DNA of 64,000 bases. Source: Lama guanicoe (Eukaryota). Positions 22,221-33,991 of this stretch are shown here, piece after piece. Under the pieces are notes generated by a model that ran no database searches, was not told where the DNA came from, and saw only the letters and a list, made by a program, of their open reading frames with translations. The stretch is taken from NCBI GenBank assembly GCA_013239625.1, contig MU057344.1, forward strand, positions 1,738,276 through 1,802,275, read 5' to 3'. Position numbers and translations under genes: made by a program. Position 1 is the first letter of the stretch. The number at the start of each line of letters is the position of its first letter.

Positions 22221-23630
22221 CCCTTGTAATAAGGTTGTGTGCTGTGTGATCCGTAACCAGGGGGCGGGGCGACTTTAATGTGCCAAATACCCCGCGTGCC
22301 CCCGCAGCGAAACCTGCCGCCCCTGCCGCCCGTTTTCCAGACAATCACGTGTTTTTGTTAAATCTGAGTTTCAGTTGCATTTGCATTGAAGACAAGTGTT
22401 CTATTTATTTCTTTTAACGTTTGCAAGAAACAGAAGGGCGTCCCAAGAATAGAAAAAGATTTGCCCAAGTTGCCCTTGAAAAAAGCGTGAAAACTCAAAC
22501 GGCTGTGGTGCAGCCGCGCGTCCGGTCGCTCCGCAGGGCCAAGACAATCGTCCACCTGGGCCCGGGGAGGTCAGGCTCCTTGCGGAGACCTGCGGTGGGA
22601 GGTCCCGGAGGGCAGCAGGCACAGACCTGCGGAGCCCGGGGGGAGAGCTTCGGCCTTCCCCAAATCCAGTCAAGGGAACAGACTGAGAGCCCCGTGCGCC
22701 TGGGCGCAGGCTGGAAAGTCGCCCCCGGGGCGGCGGGAGAAGCTGCTTGCGGAGAAGCTGGCCGCGGGGCCACCCCCGTGAGGATTCGCAAACACAGCTG
22801 CTCACACCTCCCCAGAAGCGTCCTCGGCCCTCCCCGCCCCGGCCGGACCCGCCTGGTGTGTGCGAATCCCTAGTTCCCCCTTGATGGGGCTGGGACCCCT
22901 TTGAAAAGCCCACCTCGGACACCGAACCCCCATTCTGTACCCCCAAATTATATGCTTCTTCTGCTCAAGAGTAAGGCGTGTGCTTCTTTTGCGACATGAC
23001 TCTGTCCAAAACGGGACGTTCGGGCCAGCGGAGGCCCGAGTGTCTGCTCCCTGCAGCCGGCGCTTCCGTCCACCTCGGGTTTCTCTGTTGGCCTCACGGC
23101 CGGTCCTTTCCAGCCCATCTTCCTGAACGTGACCTCCTCTCTCTCCTTCCTTCCTTCCCCTTCCCCAAGAACCTCGGCTGCACATTTTAAGTCCTGTGTT
23201 TGCCCCCAGGTGATTAGCACAGGCCCAGCGGCCCCTGGCCCAGCACCGGCAGGTTTGGGCAGGGTCTGTCCTGGGACCCCCGACAAAGAGACGTTACTTC
23301 CTTTGCCTGGTGCATCCGCGAAGCTTTGCCTCAGAGCTTAGCGTTGCCCGACCAGCCGCCCTTCTGGTCCCTCTCTGCCCCCAGGCTCCAGCATCAGCCG
23401 GGGGACTGGGTGGGGCTGGAGACTCCTGTGATTCCGGCTTCAGAGGGTGGATGCAACAGATGGCTGTCTGGCCGCCCACTGTGTCCCTGGGTGGGGCCAG
23501 AGTCAGGACTCTAGACCAAGGCTCCCACTGGGCCAGGTTTGCCCAGGGCCGGGGCCCTTCGGTCCAGCCATGACTGTGTCCTTCTTTGGATTGTTGACAG
23601 TTACCCCCAAGTAGAAATTCAAAAGGAGGC

Positions 23631-23822
23631 CGCCTCACCCTCCCCTCCCGCCCTGCTGTCCCCAGCCCCTGCAGGCCCTCACCCTCCCCTCCCGCCCTGC
23701 AGCCCCCAGCCCCTGCAGGCCCTCACCCTCCCCTCCCGCCCTGCAGCCCCCAGCCCCTGCAGGCCCTCACCCTCCCCTCCCGCCCTGCAGCCCCCAGCCC
23801 CTGCAGGCCCTCACCCTCCCCT
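23631..23822. repeat. 44-bp minisatellite, ~4.4 copies, in the PRDM16 3'UTR
   Basis: Unit gccctcaccctcccctcccgccctgcagcccccagcccctgcag starting at ~23631, 23675, 23719, 23763 and 23807. Confidence 0.95.
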
Positions 23823-25397
23823 GCTGCTTTCATGCCCGGAACAGGAACAATCAAGTAGGGCCCGGGGCCAGCCAGCCCTTCACGACTAGGACCCAGGAGC
23901 CCCTGATTCCTGCGTGCGGTCCCACATCCCACCTGGGACCCTGGGTTGTGGATCAGTGGATGGGGTGACCCTAAGAGACTGCCCAGCCCGCGTGGCGTTC
24001 CTGCACAAGGCCAAGAACGCAGCCAGTCCGTCCAGACCCGGATCAGCCCAGCTGCTCTGTGGCCCCAGAGCCTGGCCTGGGAACCGGAGGGACTGTGGCC
24101 TCCTCTGTCCCCGCTGCTTCCTCAGTGAGCGTCCGCAAAGCTCCTACCTGAGTACTTATCACTCGTGTCAGCCTCGAAGCCTCAAAGCACTGGATTGTGG
24201 TGCCCCTCGCCCCTGCCCTTGTCCCCCTGCCCCCATCCCCCTGCCCAAGTGACTGAAACCTACTGAGCTGTATTCACTGTGCTGTCTTGGGGGGGTGGGG
24301 GGCGGCGAGGGGGCAGAGCCCCCGGGCAGAGCACCCTGTGCTGCTTCCCCGGGGGGATGGACAGGGAGCCGGGCCCCTCGCTCCCCTCCCGGCTGGGGAC
24401 GCGAGGACACAGCTGCTCCTGGTCGGTGGAGGTCAGCCGGGTCTCAAAGCCATGAAACTGTCTGTAGCGACGAGCGATACTGTGACTAAGGCGTCCTCGC
24501 GTTATTCCAAGGAGCGCTCCTTTCCTCCTGCCATTCCAGTGTCTTTTGTTTTGTTCTTTTCTGTCACTGATGCATATTACCACTTTTGGGAAAAAAAAAG
24601 AAAAGAAATGAAAATGAAAAGGCAGCTTGAGTTTCCAAATGTGCAATTCACTTGTGAACAAAGCAACGCGAAAGGTCCTTTCCGTGTATTCTGCGTTCTC
24701 GCTGTCTCTTCCAGACCAGGGACCCTGAGCCCCGTGTCACAATATGTCACTGAAAGCGCAGGCGACACACGCTGGTAAGACTCCGAACCCAAGCGTCCGC
24801 GGCGTCCTTCGCCATTGCAGATTTGGTTTCGTTTTTGGTTTTTTTCTTTTAGAACTGTATAGCGCTGAAAAAGAAATCAAATGTAAATGTCTGGTTTTCA
24901 TATAACGTTTTTCAAAAACAGAAACAAAAACATTGAGAAGGAGGCTGATGTGTGTCCCGTGTCCCCCGACTGTAAATTGCTCCTGTTACGAGTAAACTGT
25001 GCATGACGTGTGTTTAGCGGTCATTATCGTGTCTGTCTGTGGAACTTTGATGAAGAGGAGAACCCCGTAGATGCACTTACTGAAGACGTGATTAGGGTCT
25101 GCGTCCTTGAGGCCAGGCGTGCGGACTGCCGAGGCAAAGACGCGCCGCTTAACCGGCGCAGGGACCGCAGTGGGAGGAGAACGGAACACAGACACGCGGC
25201 GTGGGGGTCATCCGAGAGGGATTCTGCTGGTTTCACTTCGATGCTTGTGAGGAAGACAAATGTACTTGTGTAGAGGAATCCCTTTAAGATGAAGCCTAGG
25301 AGAAGCTGATTTTTGAGGTTCATGCTGTAGACTAGGACTGTACACCAAATGTAATCTTTCCGATGCTACAATGAATTTATACATGAGATTGATATGC

Positions 25398-25403
25398 AAT
25401 AAA
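25398..25403 (+). terminator. PRDM16 polyadenylation signal AATAAA
   Basis: gcAATAAAtctgtgtgcttttct ends the last AU-rich block, with upstream TGTA elements. Confidence 0.85.
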
Positions 25404-27138
25404 TCTGTGTGCTTTTCTAAGCCTCCGTGCCTGTGAGCTCTGCCGACAGAGAACACGGGCCCCTGGGGTGGGAGACCGGGCTCCAGGCTTGGGGCGTGGC
25501 TGGTGGTGAGGCTCCCCGGCGTCGATCGAGAGCCCCGTGTGACAGGCTGCAGCTCCAGTGCACACGAAGCCACCCCCCAGCACCACCGCCGGGACGGGCG
25601 CCCTAACTTCTCCCGTTTTCCGGAAAAGAACAAGTTCCGAGAAGGCACCCCCTGCCCTGGATGGCCTGGCAGTGAGGGTGGGGGTCTCCAGGTGTGCCCA
25701 TCTCCAGGCATGGCGCCCTCCAGCTGTGCCCACCTCCAAGTGTGCCTGCCCCAAGGTGTGCTTACCCGCAAGTGTACCTACCCCCAGAGCCTGCCCCCAT
25801 GAGCTCTCGTCCATGGCGTTCCGGGGGTGGAGGAGCCCATCTCATTCGGCCAATCCCAGGCTGCCCCTTCCTCGGGGTGGACCTGCCCATCAGCCCGCTG
25901 TCCGCAGCAGCAGTCCCCGCCTTCCTCACACCACCCCCAGCCAGGGCCTGAGCCTGCCCCTGGGCGCCGGCCAGGTGGACAGGGGCTGAGCACATGCCTG
26001 GGTCTAAGGGGAGGCAGACCCAGCCCCCGCAGGGCGCCCCTACTTTTGAGCACCCAGGCATTCCTTCTTGAAGCCCACCTGCCTTCACAGGGGGCCTGCC
26101 CCCACCCCAACCTGATTCTGCTCTAACCAAGAGGTCTTGAATGATGGTTAAACGTCAAAAGGCAAACGGCACGTCCCAAATCAGGGGACCGCCCATGGGG
26201 AGCTCCCCAAACCCACTTTCTGCTAGAGGGTAACTAGTGTCACTCAGGCGTCCCCTAGGCCTGCAGCCCCTGGGCCAGCCTCACCTGCCACATGCAAGTG
26301 GTCCTCCTCTGCCCCGGGTCCCTGAGCTTCTCCCGGGATCCTCCCCGCCACACGTGCTGGCAGACCCCCAGCTCCTCACGCACAGGCATGTTCAGGGCAC
26401 GTCCTGCCTGGAGGTAGACACACATGGGGGGTGCCAGGTGGAGGTGGCGTGTCTGAAAAACCCTGAGCTGGGGGTTTCGGGGTGATGGAGGGTCCTCCCC
26501 ACAACAGCAGCTTCCCAGTCGAGTCAACATGGGAGGCTGGATGTCCAGCTGCTCCAAGTGGGTCTTCCTTCGGAAAGCCCAGCATTTAGTGACGTTTCTG
26601 TTGCCTAACACCTGCTCACTACCAAGACCACCACAGCTGACTCACCTGACCAGCCCCACAGGTAACTTCTCACCTGGCCCACGGCCCCAGCCTCCTCTCC
26701 ATCCCTGAAGCTCCCTGTGCCGCCCCCTTTCCACGCTACCCTCACCCACTCAAGCCACAGGAGAGAGCTCCCCAGTTCCCAGGACACCCCCGCCAGCGGC
26801 TGATCCTCCCAGCGGCCACTCCCAAAGTGGTCGGACAAGGTGCCTCTCTGACAAAACCCACCCACGCCCCAGTGGAGCATGGCCCTCCCTGAGGTGCACG
26901 AGGCAAAAAGAAAATAAGCTTATGTGTCAGAAATTGGGCGGCAACCCCCTTCTCCCCAAAGCTTTAGAGATCCCCCCACAGACCACGTCTCAGCCCCCAA
27001 GAGACGCAGGGGCTCCTGCATGTGTAAATCAGAGACTATCACGTGCACTGGACTTGGGCTGCGAAGGTGGAAAGTGCCCTGATTTATCTCTCTGTCCCCA
27101 AAGACTGGCTTGAAACACACTCAGTAGAAGGCAGGTTG

Positions 27139-27418
27139 NNNNNNNNNNNNNNNNNNNNNNNNNNNNNNNNNNNNNNNNNNNNNNNNNNNNNNNNNNNNNN
27201 NNNNNNNNNNNNNNNNNNNNNNNNNNNNNNNNNNNNNNNNNNNNNNNNNNNNNNNNNNNNNNNNNNNNNNNNNNNNNNNNNNNNNNNNNNNNNNNNNNNN
27301 NNNNNNNNNNNNNNNNNNNNNNNNNNNNNNNNNNNNNNNNNNNNNNNNNNNNNNNNNNNNNNNNNNNNNNNNNNNNNNNNNNNNNNNNNNNNNNNNNNNN
27401 NNNNNNNNNNNNNNNNNN
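27139..27418. other. Assembly gap (280 N), adjoining a GGGA/GGAT simple repeat
   Basis: N run. Confidence 0.99.
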
Positions 27419-30059
27419 GACAGACAGATGAACGGAGGGAGGGAGGGAGGGAGGGATGGATGGATGTGGTGGTGAATAGACGAAGGGTCTGCTATAAGGG
27501 CCCTCACGCAACCTATAAGGATTCCGGGACCCCCAGTGCCTCTGAAGGGTCTAAACAGGCTCTGAAGGAAATAATCGAAATGGAGTGAGCCTGGGGTCCC
27601 CTAAACAGAAGTGCCCAGTAGCCACCAGAGAAAAGAAACTACCACTGATCTTGGAACAGGACCCCCAGCCCCAAACCTGGGGCTCCGAGTCGTTCTGCTT
27701 TCTTCACAACAGCAAGTGGCATGTGTGTCCCAGAGCCAGGGTGGCTGGGGGCAGCTGCTGAGCGTTCAAGGTGATTTCCTTGCTGGTGTGACAATGTCCG
27801 TGAGACCTGATGCCCCTCATCCGACGTGGGCTTTGCCGGGAGCGCAGGGCACAGAGACACTGGGAAGGCTTCCCTCTGGGAAACAGACTCTTGTTCTCTG
27901 GGACGGAAGACGCAGGTTGATGCAAATCACAGAACTAGTGAATGGCTGCACCTCCAAAAGTCATGCGCAGAGATGGAAGGCCGCCTCCAGCACGGCCCAC
28001 CCCGTCCTCCCGTCGCGGGTGCGGTGGGGGGCCGGCCCTCCCAGCTTCGTTCAGCGCGGCAGCCTTTCTCTGTGTTCGCCCCGAGGGGAGAGGAGCAGCC
28101 TCCGGCAAGAGCCCATCGGATAAGAGCCCTATTGTCTGGGGGACCCAAGGAAACGAGAACAGAGACACAAGGACAGGCCGACAAGCAGACTCTGTCTCTC
28201 CGGAGCCCAGCTCTGTGCACAGAGGACGAGGAGAAGGCTCCATTTCGGAAACAGGGGGAGAAATTCAAGAGGAGAAAAATGTGTCAATGAGGAATCTGTC
28301 TCCTGGGAAAACAGATGCTTTTGAATTCCTCTTCACATTCATCTTGGGCCAAGGGAGCCTGTCGGTTATTGGCAGGGAAGCTATTTTGAAAATCATTAAC
28401 TTTACTTCTCAGGGCAGCATTAAGTCCTCCAAAAATCAGTAAGTGTCCTAATTTGGGGCAGAATGGCCAGGCGCAGGCTGGCTTTCGTGGGGACAGAGGG
28501 ACAGAGAGTGGTGCCCAGGAGAACAAGATGCTCAGAAGGGGGTCCTGGGGTGGGAGGGGCTGCCAGCCACAGCCGGGACTGCGGTTCCCAAAAAGGCGCC
28601 GTGCTCAGCACCGCCCGGCAAAGTCCTCCCCAGACTTGCACCCCGCTCAGGAAAGGGAGTCTGCTCCAGAGCTCCAGGACGGAGAGCGAGGAGGTCCACG
28701 GTCACAAGATGGGGAAGCTGAGCATCAGCGGGGGGCCCCCCAGGGGGCTGGGGCCAGCCCAAAACCCCAGGGGAGGGAGTTGGTTCGTCTCTTTGAGGAC
28801 CCGGCTGTGGCCCCCAGGACCCCAGAGCCCACCCAGCCTTAGAGCCAGTTCAAAGCAGGCACCAGCCTGGCAAATGCAGGGAGCAGAAGACAGCAGTACC
28901 GCGAAGATCTGCGCCCCATGTTCTCAGTGGTTTTGTTCATCGTAGTTGAGCCAGACAGAACACAGATGTTACTCACCGGTGAGCAAGTGTGTGAACTGTG
29001 GAACTAAAGGACACACACACGTGCACACGAGAGCAGGCAAAGGCCATTAACTCAGAGCTCAACGCGGCAAGGGTGTCGGCCACCATCACTGCATTTGGCG
29101 AGACCCCAAAACAGGCAGAGGAGTTGGGGGGCTTCGTGGTGGAAAAGGGGAGGTTCTGGTTGTGCCCTGATGGGGGCTGTGGGCCTGGGGGAGCTGGAGG
29201 CACCGATGAGAACTGGGGTCCCCCATGGGGCTGACTGGGGGCACAGTGGGGTTTCTCTGTCTGGTCCTGAGTTGGGCGCAGGGACAAAACTTAGGGAGTC
29301 TGCCAAACTGATGAAGCGGGGCCGTTCCGGGCCGACCGATTCAGGGTTTCTGGTCTGGTTGCCTGAGCTGGTTCCCACCCATCGTGGGTCGGGGTCTGAG
29401 TTCTGCTTTACGCCTGGCTGGCCATTGTCTGCGTATTCGGTCTCTGAAGACAATCTTCGGGGGAGGTCCACAGAAGGAAGACCCCTCCTCAGTAAAGGAG
29501 CAATGGCTTATATGCAGCCAGAGCGCCCACCAGCACGCGGGGAGGAGGCTGCGGGCGGCGTGATGCCCGAGCGCAGGGCTGGGGGCAGCCCCAGGGGTGT
29601 CCGGGGCTGGGAGCAGGGGGAGCGGGATGACTGCAGAGGGCCTGAGGACGCTGCCTGGGGAGACGAAGTGTCCCCTATCCTCACCGCTCTTACACAACTA
29701 CTCAGTTGTTAAAAACTAACTAGAGGCAGGCTCATTACACACACCTCATATCTCGACTCACCTGATTTTTCAAAATGTTTGTCCTGCCCACCCTCCCTTT
29801 GCTCAAAGTCTTGGAGGCCCTGGACCACCGTAAGGCACTTCCAGCCCAGGCTGGCAAGGCGGGTCCCCACCCCCACCGTGCCTGCCCCCTTAGGCCATCC
29901 AGGATGGAAGAGGTAGCCGGGCAGGAGCAGAGGGGCCCATGTCTTGGCCGGGGCCAGCTCACGGGCTCCCAGCTCTGCCTCACTGCAGGCACTTGGGGTG
30001 GGCTCAGCCTCCAACCTTCAGCTGCCCGAGCCCTGCCAGCACCCATCCAGCATGGAGTC

Positions 30060-30300
30060 TGAGACCAGAGGCCTTCTGCTCGATACCATTCACAGAGTTT
30101 ATGAGCAACACTGGACACTGTTTATGGCCACGTATGTGTGTTGGAAAGAGCAGAAACATGCCCAAGGTGGATAAACACCAAATTCAAAGCAGTGGTTTCC
30201 TCTGGCAATCAAGGGAGGCAAAGGTTGTATGGGGAGAGCCTGGGGGAGGGGCTTATCCACAATGACGTACAGATTCTTTAGGATCATTTCCATGCACATT
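30060..30300 (+). mobile_element. Old L1M(E)-type 3'-end fragment
   Basis: gataaacaccaaattcaaagcagtggtttcctctgg resembles an L1ME 3'UTR. Confidence 0.5.
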
Positions 30301-30439
30301 CAGGTCAGAGAGAGAGAGAGCTACACTTCTTCCTTTCCGAAATGTAGACCTTCTACCGCTTTTTCTTGCCTTATTGCCCCGGCCAGGAGCAACACTGAAC
30401 AGAAGCGGTGAAAGCGCGCAGCTTTACCTGGGGCCAGAG

Positions 30440-32400
30440 CACAAGGAGAGAGTCTCAGGTTTCCACCATTGGGATGAGCAAGTTCCTTCTATTCCTGTAT
30501 TGCCGAAATTTTTATCATTAAGTGCGAGACTGGGTCAAATGCCTTCTCTTCAGTCTATTAGGATCTACCCTTAAGTGACATTGTGTCACCTCGCATAAAA
30601 TACGTGAAGTGTGCAACAGTGTATCTCTATGCTTTCCTCCTGATTTTTTTTTTTGCTTTTATTATGTTCTGCTTCTCCATATGTTAAAAACTCCATAATG
30701 CGCTGTTATTATTTTTGCTCTAAATAATCTACTATCTTTTAAATTATCTGTTTAACACACATACAAAAAAAAAGGCCTGTCACATTTATCCACGTATTTA
30801 CAGTTCCCAAAGGGCTTCTGCACCTTGTGCAAACCTAGACTTGTATCTCTCAGCATTTTCCTTCAGCCCCTGGTGGTGCAGGTCTGCTGGCGACGGACTC
30901 TCTCAGCTTTTGCCTTAAAATTTCTTGATTTCACTTTCACCCCTGGAAGGCGTCTGTGCTAGCCGTGGGCATGTGGCTGGTTTGTTTTCTCTCCTCACTT
31001 TAAGGATGCTGCTCCAGCACTCTTAGCGTGCAGCGTTTCTGATGGTGGGTCAGCAGTTCTCGAGATTTTTCTCTCCGTCACTGGTTTCCAGCCGTTTGAC
31101 TGGCATGTGTCCTGGTGTGGTTGTCCTTGTGTTTGTGAGCTTTGAGTTCATTAAGGCTCTTGGATCTGTGGGCTTGAGGTTTTAATCTCATTAGGAAAAC
31201 TTTCGGCCATTATTTTTTTAAACAAACATTCCCCCTTCGCTCTTTGGGCCTCTGGTCACACTTGCTGATATCATCTCACAGGTCAGCAAGGCTCTGCTTG
31301 TTTTTTTACTGGCTTTTTCCCTTTGTGCTTCAGTTTGGAGAACTGGGGTTGCCCCGTCTTTGAGTTCACTGAGCGTTTCTTCTGTCTTGTCTAATCTGCG
31401 GTTAACTCCATCCAATACACTCTTCAAATTTCGTATCTTGTATACTATTGCCTTTAGAATTTTTATTTGATTCGGTGTTCTGCTTTCTCTTTTGTATTCA
31501 TCACACTCTATACTTTCTCTTTTGATTATGTCCATGGCTTCTTTCAGATCCTTGGAATAGTTGTAATAACTGTTTTAATTGCTTTACCTGCTGGTTTGTC
31601 ACCTACGTCATTTCTGGGTCTCTTTCTATTGGCTGCTTTTTCTCCTGTTCATAGGTCACAGGTTCCTGCTTCCCCACATGTCTACTAACAGTTCACTGGG
31701 AGCTGGAGGCTGTAAATGCTAAATTGTCTAGACCCTAGATTGTGTTGGCCTTCTTTTAAGAATGTTGAGTTTCATACCGACAGGCAGTTAACTGACTTGG
31801 AGGTCAGCCTGGTCTTTGCAAGGCTTGTTTCAAAGCTCCATCAGATCAGGTGTAGAACAGCCTTCACTCTGGGGTTAACTTAAGACACGGCCTTCTTTGG
31901 TCTCCACCCAATAGCCTGGGGTCACCCTGGGGTCCCCCCGGCCTCTTCCCCCTGGTGGGTGGCTTCCAGTGAGCCCCAGCCGGTGTGGACACTGGGAGCT
32001 GCTCTTCTTCTGGCTTCCTGGGCTCTTGCTCTGCACATGCACAGCACAGCAGGGGCCACACTCAGGCTGGCCCAGGAGGGTTTCCAGAGCTCTTTCTCTG
32101 TATCACTGCCTCCCCTCCAGGCCTCCGCCCGGAAGTCCCAGTCTCCGTGGCCTCCCTGAACTCCATCTCTGTTCCCTCTGCTCAGTGAGGCCACCATGCT
32201 CTGCCTGGTTCTGCCTCTCGGAGGAAAGTCAGCAGGCTTGGGGCTTGCATCATGGGCTCCTTTCTCCCAGGGACCAGTGTCCTCTGTGGCCTGGCCAATG
32301 TCTGAAACAGTTGCTTCTCCTCATTTCTACCCAGTTTGCTACTATGGTGGGAGCTGCTTCGTCATGGCCAAAATGTCTGTAACATTTTAAATTCTCAGTT
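30440..32400 (-). mobile_element. Degraded L1M LINE (ORF1 region plus a small ORF2 piece)
   Basis: AT-rich island. Minus-strand ORF 31218-31535 (LKSVLDGVNRRLDKTEETLSELKD...QTEAQREK) resembles the L1 ORF1p coiled coil; ttccttctattcct at ~30483 is an ORF2 antisense motif. Confidence 0.8.
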
Positions 32401-32469
32401 GGAAGCAAATACACGCATTTAGAAAAAGTCCTTATTTGGGAAGACTGAAGTAGTCCTTACTTATTACGA

Positions 32470-32665
32470 AGGGGCCTTAGCTTTGGGGTCAGACAGACCT
32501 GAGCTCTCATCTCTGCTGGGTCATTTACTAGCCAGGTGACAAAGCACAAACACCTTGCCTCTCCATGAAATGGGGGTGATGATGTTGACACCTTAGGGAT
32601 TTCTGTAAGAATTCATCAAGGTGATGCATGGGGCCCAGCACACAGTAGGCGCTTAACAGGAAGTA
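32470..32665 (+). mobile_element. MIR SINE
   Basis: ctttggggtcagacagacctgag...aaatgggggtgatgatg...ccagcacacagtaggcgcttaa. Confidence 0.75.
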
Positions 32666-33991
32666 ACAAACATTTGCTCTCTGGGGCTCAAGGAGGAGTG
32701 AGTGTGTGCTCCCTGCACAGAGCCTCCTGCTCCGTGGGCCCGAGAGGACCAGGCTCCCTCGGTACCATGGCCCCCACGCCGCCCCCGCGCCCATCTGCAG
32801 ACCCCACCCGGCCCGGGCCTCCTGTCATCCAGCACAGAGGAGCCTCTGTCCTCAGGCCCACTCACAGCCGCTGCATCAGCCGAGGTCAACGCGACCTTTC
32901 CCAGCTGCCCGCGGGCTGGGCCGGTGCCCGTGGGACCCTGCAGGGAGAGGGAGGTCAGCCGGATGCCAGGCCAGAGAAGAAAGGAGAGCTGTTCTGCCCC
33001 TTCCCTCCACCCTGCACATTCCCTGCGGCCCCAGGGAGGCCGGCTGGGGTGGGCAGCGGGCACTGCCCACTCAGCCCTGGCAGCCTGGGGTGGTCAGACC
33101 AAAAGGCCTCCTGGGGGCTGCTGGTCTCAGGACACTGCCTCTCAGGGCTGCGGCCCCAGCAGCTGAGCACAAGTTTAGGAGACTCAGAGCAAGACCTCCA
33201 GGCTCTCAGGACACCCTGGAGCCACAGGAAAGGGGCACCCGCAAACAAGCTTTGATTTCTTGTAGGAACTTCTGGTAGCCATGGGGTCGGGGGTCCACAT
33301 CCTCCCCCTGCCGGGGACCCCAGAGGGGTGGGCCCCTCATTTCATGAGTGCAGGGCAGGCCAGGCATGCAGCTAACCAGCCACATCTTACCTTCCAGTGA
33401 TGAACATCGGGGTGCAGGCTACGCTCCCTCGCCGGGACCCTGGCGCTCGGGGCTGAGGTGGCCTTCCTAAGCCCACGATGGGACAGTGGTGTCACCTCCA
33501 AGGCATTCATGGGGGAGGGGGAGGGAGAAGACCCTGGGGCCACGTGGCAGCCACTCCTGCAAGGCCTCTGCCCTTCAGTTCTCCCCAGGCTGGTGGGGAG
33601 GCCCAGACGTGCGGGACGGGCTCCGGCTGACTTTGCAGGTGGAGCCATGGCTGTGCCCTTGGCCTCCTCCCGGCCTCCTGGAGGCTGCACAGCGAGACCA
33701 GGAGCAGAGGAACCCTGGCGCTCGGGAGCGGGCATGCTGGCCGCCCCTCGTCTGCAGACCATCCCCCTCTCTCCTGGAGCGTGGGTTCCAGTGGGAAGAG
33801 AGACACAAAAAACAAACGAACAAAGCAGGAGGCCCACCCGAGGCAGAGGAGCCCCAAGGGAAGACAGGACAGAGAGAGCCCATTGTCTTCCTGGGCTGCA
33901 GCAACAAAGGACCACAAATGGGGCTGAAAGCAACCAAGACACATCCCCTCCAAGGTCTGGAGGCCAGACGTCCGAGACCAAGGTGTCGGAG

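Larger units (their letters stand above)
1369..25420 (+). other. PRDM16: PRDM16 gene, 3' portion (exons 9-17 and 3'UTR); exons 1-8 lie upstream of the window
   Basis: Spliced translation matches recalled PRDM16 (PFDLT/PLDLS motifs, C-terminal three-finger C2H2 cluster, acidic domain, ...GAFNPINHL*). Adjacent to ARHGEF16 as in human 1p36.32. Confidence 0.98.
20756..25420 (+). other. PRDM16: PRDM16 3'UTR (~4.7 kb)
   Basis: Runs from the stop codon to AATAAA at 25398-25403, with AU-rich blocks at ~21190-21370, 22025-22500, 24520-25030 and 25240-25420. Length is similar to the recalled human UTR. Confidence 0.85.

Noticed and set aside
23631-23822. Repeat array as CRISPR-like
   Set aside because: Head-to-tail minisatellite without spacers, in mammalian DNA.
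31218-31535. Coiled-coil-like 105-aa ORF as a novel gene
   Set aside because: Best explained as an L1 ORF1p relic within a degraded LINE.
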